Assembly (NCBI GenBank): GCA_045114775.1
Contig: JBGULC010000008.1
Span: 64,022-128,021, forward strand
Direction of reading: 5' to 3'
Source: Christensenellales bacterium
GTDB taxonomy: Bacteria; Bacillota; Clostridia; Christensenellales; CAG-138
Length of the DNA stretch: 64,000 nucleotides
Each line of letters begins with the position of its first letter. Position 1 is the first letter of the stretch. This document shows positions 55,291 through 64,000 of the stretch, piece after piece. Below the pieces are notes generated by a model, which did no database searches, had not been told where the DNA came from, and was given only the letters and a program-made list of their open reading frames with translations. A program made the translations under genes and the position numbers.

Positions 55291-56214
55291 ATGCGCATCG
55301 CTTTCTTGGGTACGCCCGAATTTGCACTGCCGAGCCTAGCGGCACTGATCAATCGCGGCGATACGATCGCCGTGTTCACGCAGCCCGACCGTCCCGTAGG
55401 ACGCAAGGCTGTTCTGACGCCGCCGCCGGTCAAGACGCTTGCGCAATCGCACGGGATCCCCGTCTTCCAGTTTGAGAAGATCCGCAGACCCGAGGGGCTT
55501 ACGGCGCTGGAAGCTTTTCAGCCGGATCTCATGGTGACCGCGGCGTTCGGGCAGCTTCTTTCCGCGAAGAATCTTGCGATTCCGCGACTCGGCACGATCA
55601 ACGTGCACGGCTCGCTGCTGCCGAAGTATCGCGGCGCATCGCCCATTCAGAGCGCGATCATCGCAGGTGAAGCCGAGACCGGCGTGACGACGATGATGAC
55701 CGATATCGGCATGGACACCGGTGATATGCTCCTGAAGGCCTCAACGCCGATCTACCCCGACGAAACGTATGAACAGCTTTCCGATCGCCTTGCCGTGCTC
55801 GGCGCCGAACTGCTTTTGAAAACGCTCGATGCGCTGGAAGCCGGCACGCTTGTCCGCATCCCGCAGGACACGGGAGCTGCAACCGTTTGCCATATGCTTT
55901 CAAAGGAGGACGGGCACATCGACTGCACAAAGTCCGCAAAGGCGGTGCACGACCTGGTCCGCGGCACGAACCCGTGGCCCTGCGCTTACGCTCTTCTCGA
56001 CGGACAGCCGTTGAAGATCTTTGAAACGCGGCGCACGGAGGAGGAGGTATTTTCCGACGCGCCCGGCACGTTGCACGAGCGAAGCGGAAGGCTGTATCTC
56101 TGCTGCGCGGACGGCGTACTGGAGATCGTTTCCTTACAGGCGAGCGGCAAAAAACGTATGGATGCCGCCGTATTTCTGCGCGGATGTCCGCTCGACGGGA
56201 AAACGGTATGCTGA
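55291..56214 (+). CDS. fmt: methionyl-tRNA formyltransferase
   Basis: INVHGSLLPKYRGASPIQ, at 307 aa. Confidence 0.95.
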   Translation: MRIAFLGTPEFALPSLAALINRGDTIAVFTQPDRPVGRKAVLTPPPVKTLAQSHGIPVFQFEKIRRPEGLTALEAFQPDLMVTAAFGQLLSAKNLAIPRLGTINVHGSLLPKYRGASPIQSAIIAGEAETGVTTMMTDIGMDTGDMLLKASTPIYPDETYEQLSDRLAVLGAELLLKTLDALEAGTLVRIPQDTGAATVCHMLSKEDGHIDCTKSAKAVHDLVRGTNPWPCAYALLDGQPLKIFETRRTEEEVFSDAPGTLHERSGRLYLCCADGVLEIVSLQASGKKRMDAAVFLRGCPLDGKTVC

Positions 56215-57452
56215 ACGTACGGCGCGCGGCGCTTGAAACGCTTGTCCGGATCCTGGAGGACGGCGCATACGCGAACCTTGCGCTAAAGGAGGCCGCCGAT
56301 TCGGCTGCACCGAAAGACATCCCGTTTCTGTATGCGCTCGTCAATGAGACGATCGCCGAGGCGTCGTATCTTGATTTTATTCTTTCGCACTTCTGCAAGA
56401 GGCAGAAGCGCGCTGTCCGGAATCTTCTCCGGATGTCCGGGACCGAGCTGCTGTTTCTCGATACGCCCGCGCATGCGGCGATCGACGAAGCGGTGAAGCT
56501 GTGCCGAGAGATCGGTAAAAAGGGCAGCTGCGGGCTCGTCAACGCCGTATTGCGTCGGCTGGACCGCGAACGCGGCTCCCTTCCCCCTCTGCCGGAGGAT
56601 CCCGTCGATCGGCTTTCGATCCGGTACGGCGTGCCGAAGTTTTTGGTTACCGAATGGATCGCGGAATACGGCGAAGCGGAAACGGAAGCGCTGCTCCTGA
56701 AGCGGCCTTTGGGCACCGTGGTGCGCGCGCAGTTTCCGTATACGACGGACGCGCTCGCCGCTGCGCTGCCGGTACCGTCCGTTCCCTGCTCCCTCGATCC
56801 GAACGGCTTGAAGCTCTCCGCGGGATTCGATCTTGCGCACAGTCTGCTGTTTACGGAAGGAAAGCTTGCCGTACAGGGCGAAGGCGCCATGCTGATCTGT
56901 CGTGCGCTCGGCGATATCCGCGGTAAGCACGTCCTTGACGCATGCGCGGCGCCGGGCGGTAAGACCGCCTACCTCGCATCGCTTTCCGAGAACACGGCAA
57001 GACTGACGGCATGGGAGCTGCATCCGCACCGCAAGGCGCTGATGGACAAGACATTTGCCCGTCTCGGCGTGCAGGCGGAGACCGAATGCCGGGACGCGTC
57101 GGTCTTTGATCCGAGGTTTGAGAACGCGTTTGATGCGGTGCTTCTGGACGTACCCTGCAGCGGTTTCGGACTGCTTGCCGAAAAGCCGGATGTTCGGCTG
57201 CGCAAGGACGAAGCCGCCGTCAATGCTCTCACAGCGGCGCAGGACGCGATCCTCTCTGCATGCTGCCGGTATGTGAAGCCCGGAGGCGTCCTCGTTTACG
57301 CAACGTGTACGATCGTAAAGCGGGAAAACGGCGAGCGTGTGAAACAGTTTTTGAATGCGCATTCTGACTTTGCGCTTTCCGAAGCGCGGCAGCTTTTGCC
57401 CACGCGCGACGGTACGGACGGATTTTATTACGCAAGAATGCAAAGGAGCTGA
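56208..57452 (+). CDS. rsmB: 16S rRNA (cytosine967-C5)-methyltransferase
   Basis: NusB-like N-terminus, SAM motif DACAAPGGKT and catalytic Cys region YATCT. The start is trimmed to MLNVRRAA and overlaps fmt by 7 nt. Confidence 0.85.
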   Translation: MLNVRRAALETLVRILEDGAYANLALKEAADSAAPKDIPFLYALVNETIAEASYLDFILSHFCKRQKRAVRNLLRMSGTELLFLDTPAHAAIDEAVKLCREIGKKGSCGLVNAVLRRLDRERGSLPPLPEDPVDRLSIRYGVPKFLVTEWIAEYGEAETEALLLKRPLGTVVRAQFPYTTDALAAALPVPSVPCSLDPNGLKLSAGFDLAHSLLFTEGKLAVQGEGAMLICRALGDIRGKHVLDACAAPGGKTAYLASLSENTARLTAWELHPHRKALMDKTFARLGVQAETECRDASVFDPRFENAFDAVLLDVPCSGFGLLAEKPDVRLRKDEAAVNALTAAQDAILSACCRYVKPGGVLVYATCTIVKRENGERVKQFLNAHSDFALSEARQLLPTRDGTDGFYYARMQRS

Positions 57453-57456
57453 ACCG

Positions 57457-58500
57457 ATGTATTGGATGGACATGACCGAACAGGAGATCGCCGACGCCGT
57501 CGGCGCGTTCGGCGTGCCGAAATTCCGCATCGAACAAGTGCAGGGATGGCTCCGAAAGGGCGTTCGTCCGCAGGAGATGACAAATCTCCCGAAGGACCTT
57601 CGCGCAAAGCTCGATACGATCCCGTTCGGCGGCGCACGGATCTATGATAAGCGCGTTTCTCCGAAGGACGGAACGATCAAATACCTCTTCGAGCTTGAGG
57701 ACGGAAACCTTGTCGAAGGCGTGCTGATGCGCTATTCCTACGGCAATACGGTCTGCCTGTCTACGCAGGTCGGCTGCAACATGGGGTGCAAATTCTGCGC
57801 AAGCACGCTCGAAGGCTGCGTCCGCTCGCTTCGTCCGGGCGAGATGCTTTCCTTCCTTGCCGAGATCGAACGCGACGAGCCGCCTGCCGACGGTAAGCCG
57901 CGCACGGTCACAAACATTGTGCTGATGGGCAGCGGCGAACCGCTCGACAATTACGACAACGTGGTGACGTTCCTCCGCCGCGTGACGAGCGAACAGGGAC
58001 CGAACATCAGTGCGCGCAATATTTCGCTATCCACCTGCGGGATCGTGCCGAAGATCTACCGGCTGATCGACGATGCGCCGCATGTAACGCTTTCGATCTC
58101 TCTGCACGCGCATTCGAACGAGGTGCGTTCCGAGCTGATGCCGATCAACAGGGCTTACCCGATTGAACAGGTGCTCGAGGCGGCAAGAGCATATGCGGAA
58201 CGGACCGGGCGGCGCGTGGTGTTTGAATACGCGCTGATCGGCGGAAAAAACGACTCCGAGGCGGATGCGGAAGCGCTTGCCGCCAGGCTCAAAGGATTGC
58301 TCTGTCACGTCAACCTGATCCCGCTGAATCCGGTGAAGGAACGCGGGCTGGACGGCGTGACGAGAGCGTATGCACATCGGTTCAGAGAATGGCTGGAAGC
58401 ACGGCACATCTCAGCGACGGTGCGCCGTGAAATGGGCGCCGATATCGAAGGCGCCTGCGGACAATTACGAAGGAGGGTGCTCAATGAACTTCGCGGGTAA
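57457..58500 (+). CDS. rlmN: 23S rRNA (adenine2503-C2)-methyltransferase
   Basis: Radical-SAM motif CNMGCKFC and C-terminal Cys in GACGQL. An AGGAG RBS precedes the ATG at 57457. Confidence 0.9.
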   Translation: MYWMDMTEQEIADAVGAFGVPKFRIEQVQGWLRKGVRPQEMTNLPKDLRAKLDTIPFGGARIYDKRVSPKDGTIKYLFELEDGNLVEGVLMRYSYGNTVCLSTQVGCNMGCKFCASTLEGCVRSLRPGEMLSFLAEIERDEPPADGKPRTVTNIVLMGSGEPLDNYDNVVTFLRRVTSEQGPNISARNISLSTCGIVPKIYRLIDDAPHVTLSISLHAHSNEVRSELMPINRAYPIEQVLEAARAYAERTGRRVVFEYALIGGKNDSEADAEALAARLKGLLCHVNLIPLNPVKERGLDGVTRAYAHRFREWLEARHISATVRREMGADIEGACGQLRRRVLNELRG

Positions 58501-59206
58501 AACGGAAACCGGTCTCAGACCGCAGAACGAAGACTTTTTCAGGCTTCTGCATACGGACACGCTCGACGCCGTGATCGTATCCGACGGCATGGGCGGGCAT
58601 CAGGCCGGCGAGGTTGCAAGCAGGCTTGCCGTCGACACGCTCAGCAAAGTTCTGCTGCGCGGGTACGACGACCCCGAAGCGGCGCTTTCCGAGGGCTTCG
58701 GCGAAGCGAACCGTGAGGTACACCTCCTCGCCTCGATGCGGGACGAAATGTACGGGATGGGCTGTACGCTCGTGGCGGCGATCCTCGAACCGGACCGTTT
58801 TACCGCCGCCAACATCGGCGATTCCCGACTGTATCATTATGACGGAAACGTCCTCCGTCAGATCACCCACGATCACTCTTTTGTCGCGGAGCTTGTTCGG
58901 CGCGGCGCAATTACGCCCGAAGAAGCGAAAACACACCCGCGGCGTAATTTGATTACTCGCGCCGTCGGCACGGATACGCGCGTATACGCGGATATTTTCT
59001 CGTGTGACTGGAAGAAGGGCGATATGCTTCTGCTCTGTTCGGACGGCCTCTGCGGCGTTCTGGATGACGCAGAAATGTCTGAAGCTCTGCGTATGCGATC
59101 CGATCTGGAGTCGGTTTGCGATACACTGATCCGCCGTGCGCTTGAAGCGGGCAGCCGCGACAACATAACCGTCGTACTTGCGATCAATGACGGAGGCGCT
59201 GCATGA
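58484..59206 (+). CDS. PP2C-family Ser/Thr protein phosphatase (PrpC/Stp-like)
   Basis: NEDFF, SDGMGGH, GDSRLY, CSDGL and DNITVV. Confidence 0.9.
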   Translation: MNFAGKTETGLRPQNEDFFRLLHTDTLDAVIVSDGMGGHQAGEVASRLAVDTLSKVLLRGYDDPEAALSEGFGEANREVHLLASMRDEMYGMGCTLVAAILEPDRFTAANIGDSRLYHYDGNVLRQITHDHSFVAELVRRGAITPEEAKTHPRRNLITRAVGTDTRVYADIFSCDWKKGDMLLLCSDGLCGVLDDAEMSEALRMRSDLESVCDTLIRRALEAGSRDNITVVLAINDGGAA

Positions 59207-61038
59207 TCGGAACGATACTCGACCGGAAATATCGCATCGTCGAGCTGATCGGAAGCGGCGGCATGGCGCAGGTCTATAAGGCGATCAATATGGCCAACCG
59301 CAAAACTGTTGCCGTGAAAATGCTCAAGGATGAATATAAAGATGATGCGGAGTTTTTGCGCCGGTTCTCGCGCGAGGCGAACGCGATCCTGACGCTTTCG
59401 CACGAGAATATCGTGCGCGCATACGGCGCCGGCACGCATGACGGGCTGCCGTATCTTGTCATGGAATACGTTGAAGGGCGCACGCTGAAGGACCTGATCT
59501 CGAAAAACGGCGCGCTGCCGGTGCGAACGGCGATCGGTATCACCTGTCAAATTCTTGACGCGCTTCACGCTGCGCATTCGCACGGCATCATCCACCGTGA
59601 CGTCAAGCCGCAGAACGTCATCGTAACCGACAAAGGACGCGTGAAGTTGGCAGACTTCGGCATCGCGCGCGAAGTGAAAGCTTCGACTGTTACGTTCTCC
59701 GGTCAAAAGGTGCTTGGCTCTGTCCATTATATTTCACCGGAACAGGCTAAGGGCACGATCGCGACCGAACAGAGCGATCTGTATTCCGTCGGCGTCTGTC
59801 TCTATGAGATGCTGACCGGATCTGTGCCGTTCGATTCGGATTCCACGGTGACGATCGCTCTGATGCATTTGCAGGAAAAGCCCACACCGCCAATCGACCT
59901 TGTGCCCGAAATCCCGCCTGCATTGAACGACATCGTTCTGAAATCTTTGGAAAAGGATCCTGAAAACCGGTATCAAACCGCACGCGAGATGCGCAGCGAT
60001 CTCGTACGTTCTCTGTCCGATCCAAGCGGATCGTTCGTCAGCGAGCCGGAGGAAAAGAAGTCCCGATCCGGTCGGAAAAAGCCTTCCCTGTACGTTCTGA
60101 TTGCGCTGTGTGTCTTCCTTCCGATTATGATCATCGGAATTGTTGTGCTGATCTATGCGGCAGGTAAACCGAAGGATATCCCGCGACAGTCCGAGCCCTC
60201 GGAAACGGCAGTTGTTCCGATGTCTGTATCGCCTACCGTTCTCGCTTCTGCCGAGCCGAACACGGACGAGTATCAAATGCAGAGCATCCCCAACCTGATC
60301 GGGTACTCATTGGATGATGCATTGCACGTCCTTTATGTGGAAAACGGATTCCGAAAGCTGATCGTTGAGTTCACCGATGTTCCGCCTGCAGAACCACGCA
60401 ACAATACCGTTGTCGGGATTTCCGTCTCCGGTATAAACGGCGATATGCCGGACCGGGAAGTTCTTTTTGAAGCAACCCTTCCCACTCCTGTTCTGTCTTC
60501 CGAAGAAACGCCAGCAGTGACCGACGCCCCGCTGCCGGACGAATCATCGGAAACAACGGCAGAGCCGGATGGCTCCGAGACGATCACCGCCGAAGCAACG
60601 CCTGTTCCCTCCGCTGAAGAGGTACCGCTTGAATCGGAACAGCCTACGCAAATTCCCATACAATCCGTTTCGATCACACCGACGCCGCAGCCATCGGTCG
60701 CGCCGGAACAGACCGAACAGTTGTATTCGACCGGCGCAGCAATTCGTCTGCTCGTCTATCGCAATACGGCATGGAGCTATAAAGCGGACGTTTCCTTCCC
60801 CCTCTCCATTGAAAATGACAATCCGGACAATCTTGTGGAGATCGGAATCGAAACGAATAATATCGAAGAAATCCCATACCGGATCATTTTGCATTCTCAC
60901 TTGCGAAAGAAGGAGGCAAAAACGGAAATCACAGAAACAGCGACTGTCTACTGGTATGAGTCGGTCACTCGAATCCTGAATTTGTACATCAACGGAGAGG
61001 ATATGCAAACACCTCAATCCGTCGCCTTTGCAAAATGA
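59203..61038 (+). CDS. Hanks-type Ser/Thr protein kinase (PrkC-like) with one PASTA-like unit
   Basis: GSGGMAQVYKA, VAVK, HRDVKPQN and DFG. One TM segment (LYVLIALCVFLPIMIIGIVVLIY), one PASTA-like segment (IPNLIGYSLDDALHVL), then an acidic/Pro-rich linker and an unassigned C-terminal domain. Confidence 0.85.
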   Translation: MIGTILDRKYRIVELIGSGGMAQVYKAINMANRKTVAVKMLKDEYKDDAEFLRRFSREANAILTLSHENIVRAYGAGTHDGLPYLVMEYVEGRTLKDLISKNGALPVRTAIGITCQILDALHAAHSHGIIHRDVKPQNVIVTDKGRVKLADFGIAREVKASTVTFSGQKVLGSVHYISPEQAKGTIATEQSDLYSVGVCLYEMLTGSVPFDSDSTVTIALMHLQEKPTPPIDLVPEIPPALNDIVLKSLEKDPENRYQTAREMRSDLVRSLSDPSGSFVSEPEEKKSRSGRKKPSLYVLIALCVFLPIMIIGIVVLIYAAGKPKDIPRQSEPSETAVVPMSVSPTVLASAEPNTDEYQMQSIPNLIGYSLDDALHVLYVENGFRKLIVEFTDVPPAEPRNNTVVGISVSGINGDMPDREVLFEATLPTPVLSSEETPAVTDAPLPDESSETTAEPDGSETITAEATPVPSAEEVPLESEQPTQIPIQSVSITPTPQPSVAPEQTEQLYSTGAAIRLLVYRNTAWSYKADVSFPLSIENDNPDNLVEIGIETNNIEEIPYRIILHSHLRKKEAKTEITETATVYWYESVTRILNLYINGEDMQTPQSVAFAK

Positions 61039-61910
61039 CGGAGCGTGGATTGCTGATCAAAGGCGTCGGCAGCTTCTATGAAGTGCTGACCGAATCCAAT
61101 GAAATGGTGACTTCGAAGGCGCGCGGCGCGTTTCGGCGCGAAGGTCTTGTTCCGACCGTAGGGGATCGGGTCGTCATCGAGCGCAAGGAACAGGGATATG
61201 CGCAGCTCGTCGAGATCCTTCCTCGCAGAAATTTGTTGGTCCGCCCGCCGGTCGCAAACGTGGATCAGCTTCTGATCGTCGTTTCTGCCTCTGTGCCGGA
61301 GCCGGACTGGCTGCTCGTCGACCGTCTGATCATTGCTGCAAAGCGGATGAACATCGTTCCCATCCCCGTGCTGAACAAGCTTGACACGGCGGATTCTGTG
61401 CTGCTGCAGACGTTTCGGTCCGATTACGCCTCTTTTAAAACAGCAGTCGTCAGCGCCGAGACCGGCGAAGGGCTTGACGGACTCCGTACGATGCTGAAGG
61501 GAAAAGTGACCTGCTTTGCCGGTCAGTCCGCTGTTGGGAAATCTTCGCTTCTGAACGCGCTGATTCCCGATCTTCATCTTGAAACCGGCACGTTGTCACG
61601 CAAGACCGATCGCGGTCGTCATACAACGCGCCACGCCGAACTTTGGCCTTACGAGGGTGGCGCTGTACTCGACACGCCAGGCTTTTCCATGTTCGAAACG
61701 GAATGCCTTGAGCAAAACGAGTTGGACGCCTGCTATCCGGAATTTCGCGACGCTTCTCCGTGTCGGTTCCCCGGATGTATGCACATCAGCGAACCGGACT
61801 GCGGCGTAAAGCCGTTGCTCCGTACCGGATTGCTTTCTATGGGACGCTACGAACGCTACTGCGAGATCGCATATGAATATCAGCTGAGGAGGAAACACCG
61901 TTATGATTAA
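61035..61910 (+). CDS. rsgA: ribosome small-subunit-dependent GTPase A
   Basis: Circularly permuted GTPase: NKLD then GQSAVGKSS. Zinc motif CRFPGCMHISEPDC. Confidence 0.9.
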   Translation: MTERGLLIKGVGSFYEVLTESNEMVTSKARGAFRREGLVPTVGDRVVIERKEQGYAQLVEILPRRNLLVRPPVANVDQLLIVVSASVPEPDWLLVDRLIIAAKRMNIVPIPVLNKLDTADSVLLQTFRSDYASFKTAVVSAETGEGLDGLRTMLKGKVTCFAGQSAVGKSSLLNALIPDLHLETGTLSRKTDRGRHTTRHAELWPYEGGAVLDTPGFSMFETECLEQNELDACYPEFRDASPCRFPGCMHISEPDCGVKPLLRTGLLSMGRYERYCEIAYEYQLRRKHRYD

Positions 61911-62553
61911 GATCGCGCCGTCGATACTGTCCGCAAACTTCGCCGCCATGGGTGAAGCCGTACAAAAACTGAAAGAGCAGGGCGCAGATTGGGTGCATTT
62001 TGACGTGATGGACGGTAATTTCGTGCCGAACATCACCTTCGGTCCGGATATGTGCAAGGCGCTGCGGCCGCTGACCGACCTTCCGATCGACGTGCATCTG
62101 ATGGTTGAGCATCCCTCCGACTGGATTGAACCGTTCAAAAAAGCCGGCGCCGATATCCTGACGATTCATGTCGAATCCTCAGAACGGCATCTGCACCGCG
62201 CGCTGCAGGCCATTCATGCCGCGGGTATGAAGGCAGGTGTCGTGCTGAATCCCGCAACGCCGATCACCGCTTGCGAGCATCTGCTTCCCGAATGCGATCT
62301 TGTTCTGCTGATGAGCGTCAATCCCGGCTTCGGCGGACAGGCTTTTATTTCGGAAACGCTCCATAAAATCCGCGCGCTGAGAAGCCGGATCGATACACGC
62401 GGCCTTTCCACGCTGATCGAAATCGACGGCGGCGTCAACCCGGAGACGGCAAAGCTCTGTATCGAGGCTGGTGCAGATGTTCTGGTCGCCGGAAGCGCAG
62501 TCTTTAAGGCGAAGGATCCCAAAGCCATGATTGCGGCGATACGCGGTGAATAA
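61903..62553 (+). CDS. rpe: ribulose-phosphate 3-epimerase
   Basis: IAPSILSANF, HFDVMDG, HLMV and VNPGFGGQ. Confidence 0.95.
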   Translation: MIKIAPSILSANFAAMGEAVQKLKEQGADWVHFDVMDGNFVPNITFGPDMCKALRPLTDLPIDVHLMVEHPSDWIEPFKKAGADILTIHVESSERHLHRALQAIHAAGMKAGVVLNPATPITACEHLLPECDLVLLMSVNPGFGGQAFISETLHKIRALRSRIDTRGLSTLIEIDGGVNPETAKLCIEAGADVLVAGSAVFKAKDPKAMIAAIRGE

Positions 62554-62572
62554 AAGCTTTATCAGATACAAA

Positions 62573-62606
62573 AAGCAGACAGCAAGCGCTGTCTGCTTCT
62601 GTTTTT
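62573..62606 (+). terminator. rho-independent terminator after rpe
   Basis: AAGCAGACAGC-aagc-GCTGTCTGCTT followed by CTGTTTTT. Confidence 0.85.
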
Positions 62607-62614
62607 CGAAAAGG

Positions 62615-63211
62615 TCAGCCTTCTCCCCTCGAGCGCAGGTCCGCATAGGCATTCCAGTCCGGATCCGGGTTCACGGTATAGATCCCGGCGCTTCGCTGCA
62701 TCCAACCCATGCCGATAAAATCGCGGCGCACCGTGCAGTAGTCGGCATGGACGTCCGAGATGATCGCGTTGACCTCCTTTTCCGTGTAGGTTCGCGAAGG
62801 ATCGAAACGGGAAAATATCTCACGATAGATGATGATACGCTTTTTAAGCTGCGCCGGCATCTGCAGGCAAACGCCGTTCGGCATAAAGCTTTTCAGAACC
62901 TTGCGCCGGTACTGCTCCTCCCGGAGCGCTTCCGTGCCTTCCTCCCCTTTCTGCGGAAAGATCAGCTCCCCGAGCGTGCGTGAGAATACTTCCCGCTTCA
63001 GGGAATACACGATGTAATACTGCTCCCGATGTGAATCGACCAGTCCCGCAGCCTGCAGCTTTTTCAGATGAAACGATACGGTCGCGGCGGACAGATTCAT
63101 CCGTTCTGCAAGCAATTCCACGTAGCAGTCCTTCTCATGGAGCGCACGCAGAATCCCGAGCCGTGCCGCGTCGCCGAGTGTCTTCATCAGGCACAGAGTC
63201 TCATGCTCCAT
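62615..63211 (-). CDS. ArsR-family HTH regulator with a DUF2087-like C-terminal domain
   Basis: LGDAARLGILRALHEKDCYVELLAERMNLSAATVSFHLKKLQAAGLV, then YTEKEVNAIISDVHADYCTVRRDFIGMGWM. The start is trimmed to MEHETL, behind GGGAGG. Confidence 0.7.
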   Translation of the reverse strand: MEHETLCLMKTLGDAARLGILRALHEKDCYVELLAERMNLSAATVSFHLKKLQAAGLVDSHREQYYIVYSLKREVFSRTLGELIFPQKGEEGTEALREEQYRRKVLKSFMPNGVCLQMPAQLKKRIIIYREIFSRFDPSRTYTEKEVNAIISDVHADYCTVRRDFIGMGWMQRSAGIYTVNPDPDWNAYADLRSRGEG

Positions 63212-63539
63212 GACCTTCCGCCTCCCGCAACGTATCAAGCGCAAACTGTACGGTCACCGCCTTCTGCTCCGCCCGATCCGACGCGTCATAGTCCCCGTGC
63301 CTGTGCTGATTCTCCGCCTCCGCAGAGAACGAGTCGATCAGCGTTTCCAGCGCGTTCGGACGTTTCCCCTCGTGCTCGACGCGTCCGAGCACCTTAAGCA
63401 TGTCACCGAGCATGCTTGCCTTCATTAAAGCGATCGAATGCTGACGTTCGTCGCCCTGTTCTTTTGCCTGTGCAGCAACTTCTTTCATGCGTAGCGCCTC
63501 TGCATCAAGTTTATTGTAGTATTGTTCCAAAGTAGTCAA
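63201..63539 (-). CDS. hypothetical helical protein
   Basis: The ORF overlaps the ArsR gene start by 11 nt. The start is uncertain: TTG at 63539, 8 nt after GGAGG, or TTG at 63554. I recognise no family. Confidence 0.4.
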   Translation of the reverse strand: MTTLEQYYNKLDAEALRMKEVAAQAKEQGDERQHSIALMKASMLGDMLKVLGRVEHEGKRPNALETLIDSFSAEAENQHRHGDYDASDRAEQKAVTVQFALDTLREAEGHGA

Positions 63540-63578
63540 AATGAACGCCTCCAATCTGTTTCGATGTTCGTCGAAATT

Positions 63579-63607
63579 ATTGTAGCATTCATTTTGATAG
63601 TTGTCAA
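63579..63607 (-). promoter_or_regulatory. promoter of the hypothetical/ArsR-DUF2087 pair
   Basis: On the minus strand: TTGACA (63607-63602), 17-nt spacer, TACAAT (63584-63579). Confidence 0.6.
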
Positions 63608-63614
63608 TATATTT

Positions 63615-64000
63615 TTAATTGAAATCTACGCGGATCTCGTTGAATTTGCGATCAGTCCAATATCTGAACGACCAGGGTGAAGAGGAATTTGCCGTAGCTG
63701 TCGGTGCACACGGAACGGTAAAGTTCTTGACCTTAGTATATTCGAACTCGATCGCAACTTTGATTGCAAGCTCCTGCACCTCGGCAAGTTTTTTCAGATA
63801 TGTATCTGCAATCTCGCTCAACGCCTTGCCGGTCTTAGATTTCTTTGCCTGCTTGTCAGCTTCTTTGTGAATTTCTTCGAGCTCTTTTACTGCAGTTTTA
63901 TACTGTTCAAACAGCTCTCGCTGCTCCGCTGTGTACTTCCGAACCTGAGCTTCATCTGTTTTATACAGGATTGATCTCTGTAAATCGCTCACCGGCTGCA
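63615..64000 (-). CDS. hypothetical protein, possibly 5'-truncated by the window edge
   Basis: The frame stays open upstream of the GTG at 63992 up to the window end. It has a coiled-coil-like Lys/Glu-rich N-terminal part. I recognise no family. GC is about 43%. Confidence 0.35.
   Translation of the reverse strand, partial: QPVSDLQRSILYKTDEAQVRKYTAEQRELFEQYKTAVKELEEIHKEADKQAKKSKTGKALSEIADTYLKKLAEVQELAIKVAIEFEYTKVKNFTVPCAPTATANSSSPWSFRYWTDRKFNEIRVDFN

Overview
The window is a 64-kb chromosomal segment of about 50-58% GC from a spore-forming Firmicute, probably a Clostridia / Oscillospirales-like organism. That placement rests on two alpha/beta-type SASP genes, remA, a ricA/ymcA-like gene and the gene order. 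I call 59 protein-coding genes, two of them cut by the window edges. I see no rRNA, tRNA, CRISPR array, transposase/IS, prophage block or recognisable defence system.

Most of the window is housekeeping and is strongly syntenic with the Bacillus subtilis ymc and ylo regions:
- PBP1A, an OmpR-type two-component system, a SPOR protein and rnhA
- an XerS-like tyrosine recombinase next to lexA
- a long minus-strand block: miaB, ricA-like, mutS, mutL, miaA, ynbB-like
- recG, yloV and yloU, then yebC
- a Crp-family regulator with an ABC importer
- xth, maf and uvrC
- an EF-G paralog, ahcY and ctpA
- pyrR-pyrP with a PyrR attenuator
- DUF4364, pcrA and ligA
- yicC, remA, gmk, rpoZ, priA, [insertion], def, fmt, rsmB, rlmN, PP2C phosphatase, PrkC-like kinase, rsgA, rpe

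I did not find a convincing novel multi-gene system. The observations I rank highest are:
1. A perfect 12-6-12 palindrome with tyrosine-recombinase core-site architecture sits on the promoter of the XerS-like recombinase and is flanked by dif-arm-like motifs.
2. Four CGGTTG hexamers lie exactly 32 bp apart in the leader/promoter region between a membrane-tethered XRE-HTH/LiaF-like regulator and def.
3. A low-GC two-gene islet encodes a minimal RecA-fold P-loop ATPase and a PT-rich, NlpC/P60-like lipoprotein, with its own promoter, flanking inverted repeat and terminator.
4. Terminator hairpins lie within a few nt of the start codons of recG and of a small membrane protein.
5. Several divergent housekeeping paralogs are present: a NagB-like pseudoenzyme, an EF-G paralog with NQMD in place of NKxD, a PyrP with a roughly 70-aa insertion, and a single-PASTA PrkC.

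All functional calls come from motifs and remembered family signatures. No database search was run.
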